This document shows, piece by piece, positions 8,309 to 17,022 of a stretch of 20,837 nt of DNA. Where the stretch lies: positions 1-20,837 of the forward strand of contig JBBRUX010000058.1 in NCBI GenBank assembly GCA_038247415.1, written 5' to 3'. Numbering within the stretch: the stretch's first letter is position 1; each line of letters begins with the position of its first letter. The position numbers were made by a program, and so were the translations under genes. Source of the DNA: Chitinivibrionales bacterium (GTDB lineage: Bacteria > Fibrobacterota > Chitinivibrionia > Chitinivibrionales > WJKA01). The notes under the pieces are model-generated. The model did not search any database, had not been told where the DNA came from, and was given only the letters and a program-made list of their open reading frames with translations.

Positions 8309-10219
8309 TCAGTCTGTCCTATGCAATTCAACCCGCCGGTTGAGCGCTCTGCCTTCAGCAGTTTTATTATCTGCAATAGGATCGTCTTTGCCAAAACCTT
8401 TAGAGGTAAGTCGCGATCCATCGACAGCCTTATTAATAAGATATTGGCGAACCGATTCTGCGCGAGCAGCCGAGAGATCTTTATTCTTTTGAGCGCTCCC
8501 GACATTATCGGTATGCCCGCGAATCTCTATCTTTACCTCAGGCCACTCCTTGAGTGATTCAAAAACCTGATCGAGAATCGAATACGAATCGCCCGTTAAA
8601 ATAGCGCTGCCAAAGTTAAAGTTGACACCACGTAATACAACGCGTCCACGTTGGATTTCCTTAGCCTTGGGCTTAGCAGGCTCTGGCGGTACAACCTTAG
8701 CAGGTTCCGGAGGTGGCGGACAACCATTATACGCGGCTACACCTTTTTCATTAGGACACTTATCAAGAGAATCGAGAATACCGTCGGCGTCGTTATCCAG
8801 ATCGGGGCAACCATCAGCATCATCAAAGCCATCCCTATCCTCAGGAATAGATATGCATTTATCAACCGAATCTGGTACACCATCATTATCGTTGTCAAAA
8901 TCAGGGCAACCATCATTATCTACAAAACCATCAAGATCCTCTGGCTCATTGGGACATTTATCAAGCGAATCGGGAATTCCGTCTTTGTCATTATCGTAAT
9001 CGGGGCATCCATCAGCATCTTGATACCCATCCCGGTCTTCTACCTTAGTTGGACACTTATCAACCGAGTCGGCAATACCATCATTATCATTATCGAAATC
9101 GGGGCATCCATCGTCATCCTGAAAACCATCGATATCTTCGGGATCCTTAGGGCACCTGTCAACATTATCCTTAATGCCATCATGGTCGATATCCTGAGCA
9201 ATTAAAAAACCATTCCAACCAATAGATCCAGTAAGCCTCCAGCGAGGATCGATCTTGGTTGTTATAACATGGCGATCATATACGTATTTCAGATAGCTCG
9301 TGTCCGATACCAGGCTCACATCCATGCCAAGCGTTATAGAAAATCCACCCTTGGTATGAAAATTGACACCGGGAGACAATCTAAGCGGATCATCGCCAAG
9401 CTTAAACCCGTTCTTAACATTTGCGACTCGTGTTTCGCCCGAAAATTCTGTAAAAAGCACCATGAAATCCACGGGGCGATATTCGAATGCAAGATTAAGC
9501 AAAAACAAATTATCCAATTGTGCCTGTGTCACAAAATGGATACCAAAGTTTACATGTAATAAAAGGGGGCTTATATTATTAAGCTTGTTCAAATCGAGCG
9601 TCCACAGCATTTTCATATCGAGTTCGGGAGCTTTTGATGTATAAAAGCCAATAAGCGTATCTGCCAGTACCGAATCATTACTTCGATTTTTTAGGTAGTA
9701 GGTATGCTTTGGAAAGAAAGGGCCTTTCTCGGCGCCTGTTGGCAGCGTGAGTGCTCCGTACAGCGCCATTTCAAAAACCTGCTTGTGAGGATACGGGGGA
9801 TACTGAAATTTTCCACTGACCTCAATATCACCAAAGCCGCCACGCAAACCACCAAAATCCACAGATTTCAAGCTATCTGCGTGATTCTCTAAAACATGAT
9901 CCCAATACATGGGAAGCATCACGGCGAAATCGAGGAAATCGGTAAGCCCATACCCAAGACTTGGCATCGCGGTGTAGAGACTCAGATTAGGATTATAGAG
10001 CGAATCTTTATCGAAGGAAACAAGATACTTGGGATCGGCAGAAAAACTTCCACAGCCATTAACAGCGAGCTTTCCCATACCAAGCGTCTTAGCCGATTGA
10101 AGATAAAACAATCCTTCCTGCCCATTGCGATTGATGATTGACGTTTCACCAGCGATTGCTACAAAAGCCGTTGCCAGCACACATGCAGCACTAGCAACGA
10201 AACGTTTGACCGTGTTCAT
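8309..10219 (-). CDS. OmpA-family outer-membrane protein (beta-barrel + TSP type-3 repeats + OmpA C-terminal domain), paralogue 1
   Basis: ATG 10219 preceded by GAGGA; signal peptide MNTVKRFVASAACVLATAFVAIA; TSP3 repeats; canonical EIRGHTDNVG..NKDLSAARAESV..GRALNRRVE. Confidence 0.93.
   Translation of the reverse strand: MNTVKRFVASAACVLATAFVAIAGETSIINRNGQEGLFYLQSAKTLGMGKLAVNGCGSFSADPKYLVSFDKDSLYNPNLSLYTAMPSLGYGLTDFLDFAVMLPMYWDHVLENHADSLKSVDFGGLRGGFGDIEVSGKFQYPPYPHKQVFEMALYGALTLPTGAEKGPFFPKHTYYLKNRSNDSVLADTLIGFYTSKAPELDMKMLWTLDLNKLNNISPLLLHVNFGIHFVTQAQLDNLFLLNLAFEYRPVDFMVLFTEFSGETRVANVKNGFKLGDDPLRLSPGVNFHTKGGFSITLGMDVSLVSDTSYLKYVYDRHVITTKIDPRWRLTGSIGWNGFLIAQDIDHDGIKDNVDRCPKDPEDIDGFQDDDGCPDFDNDNDGIADSVDKCPTKVEDRDGYQDADGCPDYDNDKDGIPDSLDKCPNEPEDLDGFVDNDGCPDFDNDNDGVPDSVDKCISIPEDRDGFDDADGCPDLDNDADGILDSLDKCPNEKGVAAYNGCPPPPEPAKVVPPEPAKPKAKEIQRGRVVLRGVNFNFGSAILTGDSYSILDQVFESLKEWPEVKIEIRGHTDNVGSAQKNKDLSAARAESVRQYLINKAVDGSRLTSKGFGKDDPIADNKTAEGRALNRRVELHRTD
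8717..9193 (-). repeat. Four full 99-bp plus one shorter TSP type-3 repeats
   Basis: DNDxDGxxDSxDKCPxxxEDxDGxxDxDGCPD units, followed by a Pro-rich linker containing PPEPAK twice. Confidence 0.92.
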
Positions 10220-10517
10220 ACGTGTCCTCTGAAGGTGTGAATTCATGTCAAGATTTATAAAGAGACATGAATTAGCTATCATGGATATTTTTGCGAGCAA
10301 TTCAACCGATTAACCTAGAGCGCCCACAATAGGATATATTCTTTAAAGAACAAAATAATCATTGAGGGGAGTTTTGCGCAATTGCAGTTTAATCTCTTGT
10401 TCACTCCTTGCATAAAACACGCCCCAAAAGCTTGTTAGCCGATAGGCCATTTGTTAGTTTAATTAATGTAAGGTCAGTAGGTTAGACATCTTTAATTTTT
10501 TAATTGGAGGTTCTGTA

Positions 10518-11753
10518 ATGTTTAAGCATACCAAAAAATCGATTATTGCAATTGGACTCGTGGCGATGGCAGTCTCTGCGCAAAACCAGAATGCGCGTGT
10601 CAAAGGCTTGGGTGGCTCCGATGTTGTTACTGATATTTCTCGTATTGCGACGTATAATCCTGTCTATGTCAATGATTACAAGAATCAGATTCAGGCAACA
10701 TGGGATGCCCCTATTATCGGGACGAAATCGCTTGGCGATGTTGTAACGGTTGGTGCGGTTCTCAACAATGGGTTGATATTAAGTAGTTTTTATACTGATG
10801 CAGCACCACTTCCCCGTATTGGTGCAGCAACTGCTCCGCAGTATAGCCCCCATGTGATTGTTGGCCTTGATTTTGCCCCTGTCAAGATTGGTATCGAAGG
10901 CTTTCTCGAATGGGCCTGGCAGACAGATCACACAGAATCCAATCCCACGGGGACTGCACTTACCGCTACAAACAATTCATCGAGGATCTCTCACCCCGGA
11001 TTTGCCATTGGAGCTGAGTTTGGGGCAGATATGCTCTCAATCGCACTGGTTGGTGGAATTGGCTTTCCTACAATTAAGGGATCTAACGAAGTAACAGCTC
11101 CTGATGGTGCCAAAACACTCTCAACTACTCAAAGTGAATCAGGACTTTCTGCCAAGGCTGGTGGAGAATTTGGCATACCTGTAAATGCTGCAAAGTTCAC
11201 CTTTGGAGCCCAATGGAGCTTAGTGAATTATCAATTCTCTGCGACTACTGCTGGAACGACAACTAATACTAATAAAACAACTATCAATACCGTATCACCC
11301 TACATTGCAGTCCAAACAGAAATACTTGACAAAGTATTACTAATAGCTCAAGAAAAAACGGATATTGCGATGAGCAAAGTTGAACCTGTTCACACACAAG
11401 GAAATCGCTACAACTTAAATACGGATATCCTTTCCACAATTTCCTCGGGTCTTGAAAAGCAATTTGCATCAGTTTGGATTTTTGATTCTGTTGGCACACG
11501 GGGTGGCTTGTCGTGGTCTTTTGCGACTGGTTTTTCCCATAATGTTGATGAAGGCACAACCGTTGCTAATAGTATTAATAATACTGATGCAAAAGACCCC
11601 GTCGTTTTTGGCCCAGCCGTTCCCTACATCGGTTTGGGCGCCACACGTGGTGCTGTCACCGCCGATCTTTACTTGAATCCTACAGGTTGGAATAATACCG
11701 GTCTTATCGCCGGCCCTCCTGTAGCTAAGTTCACCCTGTCTCTTAAGTTCTAA
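10518..11753 (+). CDS. Outer-membrane beta-barrel protein, possibly a major porin-like OMP
   Basis: Strong SD (TGGAGG), cleavable signal ..AMAVSA, N-terminal ARVKGLGG..D....YNPVYVNDY, alternating beta-strands with Thr/Asn-rich loops, terminal Phe (KFTLSLKF, a BAM-type signal). Confidence 0.8.
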   Translation: MFKHTKKSIIAIGLVAMAVSAQNQNARVKGLGGSDVVTDISRIATYNPVYVNDYKNQIQATWDAPIIGTKSLGDVVTVGAVLNNGLILSSFYTDAAPLPRIGAATAPQYSPHVIVGLDFAPVKIGIEGFLEWAWQTDHTESNPTGTALTATNNSSRISHPGFAIGAEFGADMLSIALVGGIGFPTIKGSNEVTAPDGAKTLSTTQSESGLSAKAGGEFGIPVNAAKFTFGAQWSLVNYQFSATTAGTTTNTNKTTINTVSPYIAVQTEILDKVLLIAQEKTDIAMSKVEPVHTQGNRYNLNTDILSTISSGLEKQFASVWIFDSVGTRGGLSWSFATGFSHNVDEGTTVANSINNTDAKDPVVFGPAVPYIGLGATRGAVTADLYLNPTGWNNTGLIAGPPVAKFTLSLKF

Positions 11754-11777
11754 TGTTTTAAAGCATCACATCTCTTT

Positions 11778-11829
11778 AAAAAAAGCCTCTCCTAATCCCT
11801 GCTGTCAAACACACCAGGGCTAGGAGAGG
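11778..11829. terminator. Long stem-loop between the OMP gene and the bioH-like gene
   Basis: CCTCTCCTA (11786-11794) pairs with TAGGAGAGG (11821-11829), inner CCCTG pairs with CAGGG. The A7 run at 11778-11784 gives a U-tract only on the minus strand. Confidence 0.6.
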
Positions 11830-11881
11830 ATCCCTTAATCTCATTCTCACTAAACCTCTTTTTCCCCCAGACCCTTTTCAA

Positions 11882-12607
11882 ATGCATCAACCAGCTCAAA
11901 ACCCTGCAGACAAAAGCACTCCAGAAATACCCGTTATTGTATTTGGCGGTTTTGGTTTTTCTCCCGATATCCTAAAACCTCTTTTTCCGAACACTGCCAT
12001 CTTTGTTGACAGTAACGAACTCATGCCTTCGCTCTTTGATGGCACCACTTTAAAAAAAAATTGGGTTCAAACGGTCGTTGACAAGCTCCCTTCTACCCAT
12101 ACCAATAAACCGTGTTTATGTGCCGGATGGTCACTCGGAAGTCTTATTGCGTTAGGGTTACTTGAGCACAAACTATTCTCACATGCAATACTCCTTGGCC
12201 CAACGCTCTCATTTTGCGCCACCGATAGATTTCCCTACGCAACCCCACAAGCAGCGCTGATCTCGATGCGACGTCAGTTTAAAAAAAATCCCCAAGAAGT
12301 TCTTAAAAACTTTCGGGCAACATGTGGTTTAACAGGAGAGGCATTTATAAGCAGCGCTTCGCACGAAGCACTTCTTGCAGGACTTCTCTTTCTGGAACAC
12401 TGTGCTTTTGAGCCTAAAAAACGAGCGTTACATCAAGCACTCTGTATCGCTGGAAAAAACGACCTCATCATCCCTTATGCTGCAAGCAGTGCTACAGCCC
12501 AGGCACTTGGGGCAGAATATCACGAAATGAACGGCTCTCATGTATTTTTTCTGCACAATCATTCTTCCTGTAAAAACATCATATCAAATTTTATAGAAGC
12601 ACTTTAA
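11882..12607 (+). CDS. bioH: Alpha/beta hydrolase, BioH-like pimeloyl-ACP methyl ester carboxylesterase
   Basis: GWSLG nucleophile elbow, IAGKNDLIIP (Asp), GSHVFF (His); ends 3 nt upstream of bioB. Confidence 0.72.
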   Translation: MHQPAQNPADKSTPEIPVIVFGGFGFSPDILKPLFPNTAIFVDSNELMPSLFDGTTLKKNWVQTVVDKLPSTHTNKPCLCAGWSLGSLIALGLLEHKLFSHAILLGPTLSFCATDRFPYATPQAALISMRRQFKKNPQEVLKNFRATCGLTGEAFISSASHEALLAGLLFLEHCAFEPKKRALHQALCIAGKNDLIIPYAASSATAQALGAEYHEMNGSHVFFLHNHSSCKNIISNFIEAL

Positions 12608-12610
12608 ATT

Positions 12611-13588
12611 ATGGAACTTTTTTCTCAAGCTCATACACTGTATACAAAAGCGCTTTCAAATGCCATTTCTAGCGATGACCTTGATTGCGTTATACGGTGG
12701 CCAAAAGAGAGCCTCTCGGTTCTTTTTTCGGCAACCGATCAGGTTAGAACGCACTTTTTCTGCGGGACTGTTGAACCTTGTTCGCTCATGAATATCAAAG
12801 CGGGCGGCTGCTTTGAAGATTGTGCCTTCTGCGCTCAATCTGCCCATAATCATGCAGAAGTTACTATTAAAGAATTGGCTTCGGAAGATGATATTGTAAA
12901 GCAATGCCTACAAGCAACACAGCACGGCCTTTCTTTTTGCGTTGTGTCGAGCGGAAGAAAACTTCCCACATCCGAAATTGAGAAAGTTGCCCGTGCGCTC
13001 AAACGTACTGGCGTACCCACTCACGCTTCGCTCGGTATTTTAACCGACGAAGAATTTAAGATGCTCAAAGATGCAGGCGTTGTGTGCTATAACCACAATA
13101 TCGAATCGAGCGAAGCATTTTATCCACGCATTGTGGGCACGCATGTTTGGGCCGACCGAATCGCAACGGTGAAGCGAGCCCGCGCAGCAGGGCTTTCTGT
13201 CTGTTGCGGCGGAATATTTGGCATGGGAGAAACCTGGGAAGATCGCAAATCCATGTGTCTTGCTTTACGAGAAGTGGACGTTCACACCATACCTCTCAAT
13301 TTCCTCAATGCCATTAAAGGCACGCGGTTATCAGCCCCGCAAGAAGATCCTCTTGACTTCCTAAAAATTGTCGCGCTTTTTAGACTGGCTCACCCAAAAG
13401 CCGTTATCAAGGTTTGTGGGGGTAGAGAACTCAATCTCAAAACGCTCCAACCGCTTATATTTTACGCAGGTGCTAATGGGTATGTATCGGGAAATTATCT
13501 TACCACAAGCGGGGCCGGCGTTGCAGAAGATGATGCTATGATTGCCGCGCTGGGGTTAACAAAGGACAATTCTTTAAGCCATAGGTAA
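12611..13588 (+). CDS. bioB: Biotin synthase (radical SAM)
   Basis: GGCFEDCAFCAQS (CxxxCxxC), YNHNIES, VCCGGIFGMGE, IPLNFL, GNYLTTSG. Confidence 0.96.
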   Translation: MELFSQAHTLYTKALSNAISSDDLDCVIRWPKESLSVLFSATDQVRTHFFCGTVEPCSLMNIKAGGCFEDCAFCAQSAHNHAEVTIKELASEDDIVKQCLQATQHGLSFCVVSSGRKLPTSEIEKVARALKRTGVPTHASLGILTDEEFKMLKDAGVVCYNHNIESSEAFYPRIVGTHVWADRIATVKRARAAGLSVCCGGIFGMGETWEDRKSMCLALREVDVHTIPLNFLNAIKGTRLSAPQEDPLDFLKIVALFRLAHPKAVIKVCGGRELNLKTLQPLIFYAGANGYVSGNYLTTSGAGVAEDDAMIAALGLTKDNSLSHR

Positions 13589-13672
13589 GCGCGTAACACT
13601 ATCTTTTGGCGATTCTGGGTTTTAAATACAGGAGACTATTGGTGATGAACATAAAATCTGCCTCAGTTGTAT

Positions 13673-15964
13673 TTATTGTATAGTAAAACACCCGTTCATG
13701 ATATCCTGAATACATTCCCCGCCCTTGCTTGACCAAAAAAAATCTGCAGCTTTAATCAGACACTTACTTGAATGCGTTGAAACGACTGTTGTAGCGCTCT
13801 TTAGGGTATCTGGAATAACATACGTTATCCCCGAAACCCAGTCGCTATCAACGATCGATTGATTGTAAACAAAGGAAATAGGGGTAAGAGGAAAATAATT
13901 TGACCCGCTATCCACCGACACAGAACATGCCACGGCTTGAACATCAAATGTCGCAAGAGCCTTTACTTTCCACGTAACATTGAGTGTATCACCAATTGTG
14001 TATATTTGGGCAGGACGAGGAGATACTAATGCCAAAGGCTTTAGACTATCTTGCGAGACAATAGCAAAAGGAGGTGAAATCTCGAAAATGCTTTTTTGCA
14101 CATAGTCAACTAATTTTATTTGACATTGAGAAGAAATAGTCGAATTTCCCGCAATGGTTGTGGGGATATAATAGCGATAGTTACCCCATGTTGGATACCC
14201 TCTTGAAACATTTCCAATAATATCTGAGTAGGTCTGTCCTCCATTTACAGAAATAGAAATCCCGATATTGCCTGATTCTCTTTTACCAACAAGATTGGTA
14301 TGCCATAGTATTGGGATCGACATGCCTGGTGTATAAACGGCTCCATTTAGAGGAGATTCGATCACAATCGGCTTATAGCTTGTCGTATCACACACCTGAC
14401 TATCGAGAGACCTGGGTTGCACACCAAGCGCCCAAATTGACATAACGGTCTCGAGAGTGCACAGCTTGTTCGCCTGGAGTTTAAGCATATAGAGATTGCG
14501 AAGATTCACAATTTCCGGAGGAAGTGCGGTGAGAAGGTTGGAATTAACCGAGAGGTCGATAAGCCCGGTAATTTTGCCAATTGATGCCGGCAACGAGGCT
14601 AACTTGCATCCGGTTGCGATAAGATATTTGAGTTCAGCAAGATTACCAAGAGTCGCAGGAAGCGTGATAACACTCAGATTATGCGCAATTGAAAGGTATT
14701 GGAGTTTAGTACACAACGTCAATGAGTCGGGCAGCGCCACGATGTTGTTACCATCACAAAAGAGTTTCTCTAAATTAGGGCATAACCCAAGCGACCCAGG
14801 CAATTCAAGAAGTCGATTATTATTTACACCAAGGTAGGTCAGTTTTTTGCATTTTCCCAGCGATGCGGGAATTTTAGTAAGATTATTATTAGCCAGTTCC
14901 AGTTCATTTAAATTGACAAGTTTACCAATTTCCTGAGGAAGGCTATCAAGAAAATTATTGGCGCATCGCAGGGAAACAAGCGTTGTACACTTGACTATCG
15001 AATGCGAAAGTACTGCTATTCTATTATCTGAGATATCAAGCGAAGTCAGAAGAGGCAGATCAAAAAGGGTACTAGGTAAGCTATCTATTACATTGATGCT
15101 CAAATCTAGAGACCTAATTCCTGCAAGAGAACCAATTTCCCGAGGAATAATTTTTAGATTTTTATTTGAAAGAGCCAATTCCGAAATTCTAAAATCCTCT
15201 GAGATTTTGACCAAACCCATAACTGACAAAGAAATGTGATTGGTGTCAAGGATATGTCGGACGATAAGAGAATCGGCTTGAAATTGAGACGATGCTTTGG
15301 CTTTTTCTATATCGATAAGCGAGCTGATGGTTACGGTAGTGACACTGTCGGGAAACACAGCAACATTTGAGCGGGTCAATTCTACAAACCGGCTATCTGA
15401 AGGGATCAGATCCAACTCATAGTTTCCCGAAGCAAGGTCAGTAAATAAATAAGCTCCTGTAGAATCTGCCTTAACATCAGCAAGAGGAAAACCATAAAAT
15501 CTCAGTATAATTGTCACATTCGGACTGCCCACTTCAACATATTCCAAGATCGATCCCTTGATACTTCCAGCCGGCTGTAATTTACAGGTGCCAAAATTGA
15601 TGGTGTCGTGTGGTTGATCAAAATTGGGTGTAAATACTCCAGAGAAACGGATCGTTGACAAAGAATTTGACACGATCTTAATAAGTCCGCCGGTAGTCTT
15701 AAGACTCGTATCGGTAAAAAAGTATTGACCTGAGCTATCAGTAGTATCTACAACAATCAAACTCGACGTGTCGTTTATCCCTTTTTTAATCACATATACA
15801 ATCGCACCTTGCGCCGGCTTGCCGTCTGGAAGTTTTGCCATGCCGGTGTACGATTCGGTCTCAGATCCCCCCACAAGGTTAGTGTTTGGGGGATTATTGA
15901 CACAAGACAAAATCCCTGCAATACCAACCGCACACAATACCATCCATACAGCACGTTGTTTCAT
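13673..15964 (-). CDS. Lipoprotein with carboxypeptidase-regulatory-like domains, leucine-rich repeats and two C-terminal Ig-like domains
   Basis: Real start most likely ATG 15964, 4 nt after the upstream stop (the track's 16174 start overlaps TIGR02147). Lipobox GILS-C, linker VGGSETE, G.....DGKPAQGAIV..TTDSSGQY beta-sandwich motif, LRRs, duplicated SPxxxxxYTxG..I/VxW domain. 763 aa. Confidence 0.9.
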   Translation of the reverse strand: MKQRAVWMVLCAVGIAGILSCVNNPPNTNLVGGSETESYTGMAKLPDGKPAQGAIVYVIKKGINDTSSLIVVDTTDSSGQYFFTDTSLKTTGGLIKIVSNSLSTIRFSGVFTPNFDQPHDTINFGTCKLQPAGSIKGSILEYVEVGSPNVTIILRFYGFPLADVKADSTGAYLFTDLASGNYELDLIPSDSRFVELTRSNVAVFPDSVTTVTISSLIDIEKAKASSQFQADSLIVRHILDTNHISLSVMGLVKISEDFRISELALSNKNLKIIPREIGSLAGIRSLDLSINVIDSLPSTLFDLPLLTSLDISDNRIAVLSHSIVKCTTLVSLRCANNFLDSLPQEIGKLVNLNELELANNNLTKIPASLGKCKKLTYLGVNNNRLLELPGSLGLCPNLEKLFCDGNNIVALPDSLTLCTKLQYLSIAHNLSVITLPATLGNLAELKYLIATGCKLASLPASIGKITGLIDLSVNSNLLTALPPEIVNLRNLYMLKLQANKLCTLETVMSIWALGVQPRSLDSQVCDTTSYKPIVIESPLNGAVYTPGMSIPILWHTNLVGKRESGNIGISISVNGGQTYSDIIGNVSRGYPTWGNYRYYIPTTIAGNSTISSQCQIKLVDYVQKSIFEISPPFAIVSQDSLKPLALVSPRPAQIYTIGDTLNVTWKVKALATFDVQAVACSVSVDSGSNYFPLTPISFVYNQSIVDSDWVSGITYVIPDTLKSATTVVSTHSSKCLIKAADFFWSSKGGECIQDIMNGCFTIQ
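14453..15190 (-). repeat. About 11 leucine-rich repeats of mostly 23 aa
   Basis: Consensus LxxLxLxxNxLxxLPxxIGxLxx, e.g. LNELELANNNLTKIPASLGKCKK and LIDLSVNSNLLTALPPEIVNLRN. Confidence 0.9.
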
Positions 15965-15968
15965 AGTG

Positions 15969-16796
15969 TTAGCTCTCTTGGTCGATATGTTTGGATAAAG
16001 GGAACACATGAAAATTAAATTGATACACTCGCCCACCGGCTTCATTTGATTTTGCCATTTCAAGAACTTTACGTCTAAATGCCCGCAGCTCCTCGATAAT
16101 CGTTTCGTAGTGCTTTTCTGAAACAGAGAGCGAAAGCGTCGAAAAGTTCCGTTCTGGCCGCGGCACCGCATCAAGAGCGGCTCGCGCGCGCGTCATCATT
16201 TCGGCCTGAAAACCATCAACCACTACAGCCGTTGCAGAATTCCCTGTTGTAATAAGAGCCTCGGTGGCTTTATAGGTTCCATCTTCTAATTGCGCTACAA
16301 GCCCAAGCCGTACTAAGAGCTCCACAGCATACTTTGCATCAACCACTTTTATTGGAGGTGTTAATGATCCTGCCAGTGCAGTATAATCGCCTTTGAATGT
16401 TTGCAACTGCAAAACCTCACGAATTGCCGTATAATACCATTTTGCATAGAATTCGTATTGGTCAGAAGAAACCTTGCGAATAGCCCCCGATTTATAGGTC
16501 AGCAATTTTCCATAAAAATACGTTCTCTCCTCAAGCGTTTTCGCCTGATTGTAGGTGACAAGCATCTCGAAGTACTCGGTAGCCTTTTTGGACAAGTGGC
16601 AGCATGATGCAAACTTGAGCGCTAACAGAGGAGAAATATGCCGTGTTTTATTGAGCACGCGCGTAAGCGTTGCGGGATTTACATCCAGCATGCGAGCCCA
16701 TGAACGAAGTGAGTATGTTGCATTTTTGGCCTGCCGCAGTGCAAAATCATCTGCCAAAAAATCACGGTAATCTTCGTACTCGAATATTGGTTTCAT
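15969..16796 (-). CDS. TIGR02147 family protein (N-terminal HTH + DUF4423), putative transcriptional regulator
   Basis: MKPIFEYEDYRDFL..YSLRSWARMLDVNPATLTRVLNKTRHIS (HTH), YEFYAKWYYTAIRE, RNFSTLSLSVS, VYQFNFHVFPLS; 275 aa, typical for the family. Confidence 0.93.
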   Translation of the reverse strand: MKPIFEYEDYRDFLADDFALRQAKNATYSLRSWARMLDVNPATLTRVLNKTRHISPLLALKFASCCHLSKKATEYFEMLVTYNQAKTLEERTYFYGKLLTYKSGAIRKVSSDQYEFYAKWYYTAIREVLQLQTFKGDYTALAGSLTPPIKVVDAKYAVELLVRLGLVAQLEDGTYKATEALITTGNSATAVVVDGFQAEMMTRARAALDAVPRPERNFSTLSLSVSEKHYETIIEELRAFRRKVLEMAKSNEAGGRVYQFNFHVFPLSKHIDQES

Positions 16797-16854
16797 ACAT
16801 GCTTCATTTGTTAAAGAGGATCTTATTTAAATTACTTTATTTTCTCATACATCG

Positions 16855-17022
16855 AAAACCACCCTGCAAGGAATCGACCAAATTCCTTGCCGAATGATTT
16901 TTATGAAAATCATCGACTACTCTCAAGTACCTGCCCGTCACCGGGAAGTACCTATCCATAAGGCGCAAGCTGCCTCTAGCTTAGATTCCGATTCTAATCC
17001 ACAGCATCCGCTGAGTTGCTTT
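16855..17022 (-). ncRNA. Candidate structured cis-regulatory RNA in the 5' leader of the TIGR02147 gene (family not recognised)
   Basis: Six consecutive hairpins plus a possible closing stem; the G-U pairs and a GUGA tetraloop work on the minus strand, downstream of a sigma70 promoter. Confidence 0.45.

Noticed and set aside
6724..9193. 99-bp periodic repeats as a CRISPR array or DGR template/variable repeat
   Set aside because: They are in-frame, codon-degenerate TSP3 coding repeats with no constant repeat/unique spacer structure, no adenine-specific variation, and no cas or RT gene.
10220..10300. ORF-track N-terminal extension of OmpA paralogue 1
   Set aside because: The SD and signal peptide support ATG 10219.
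11802..11835. TGTCAAAC as a BirA operator half-site upstream of bioH-bioB
   Set aside because: No matching GTT..ACA half-site at the required 14-16 nt spacing.
15965..16174. ORF-track N-terminal extension of the LRR gene overlapping TIGR02147
   Set aside because: The signal peptide and lipobox begin at ATG 15964; the extension is an alternate frame of the upstream gene.
16865..16955. Cobalamin-like (plus strand ACCTGCC, CGGGAAG) or lysine-riboswitch-like (minus strand AGAGG, GAGUA) fragments
   Set aside because: Motifs are in the wrong order or spacing, core elements are missing, and the gene context does not fit.
16837..16959. 40-codon minus-strand ORF (MDRYFPVTGR...) inside the leader as a possible leader peptide
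   Set aside because: No well-spaced SD, no residue bias or recognisable motif; an ORF this short is expected by chance. Ribosome profiling could revive it.
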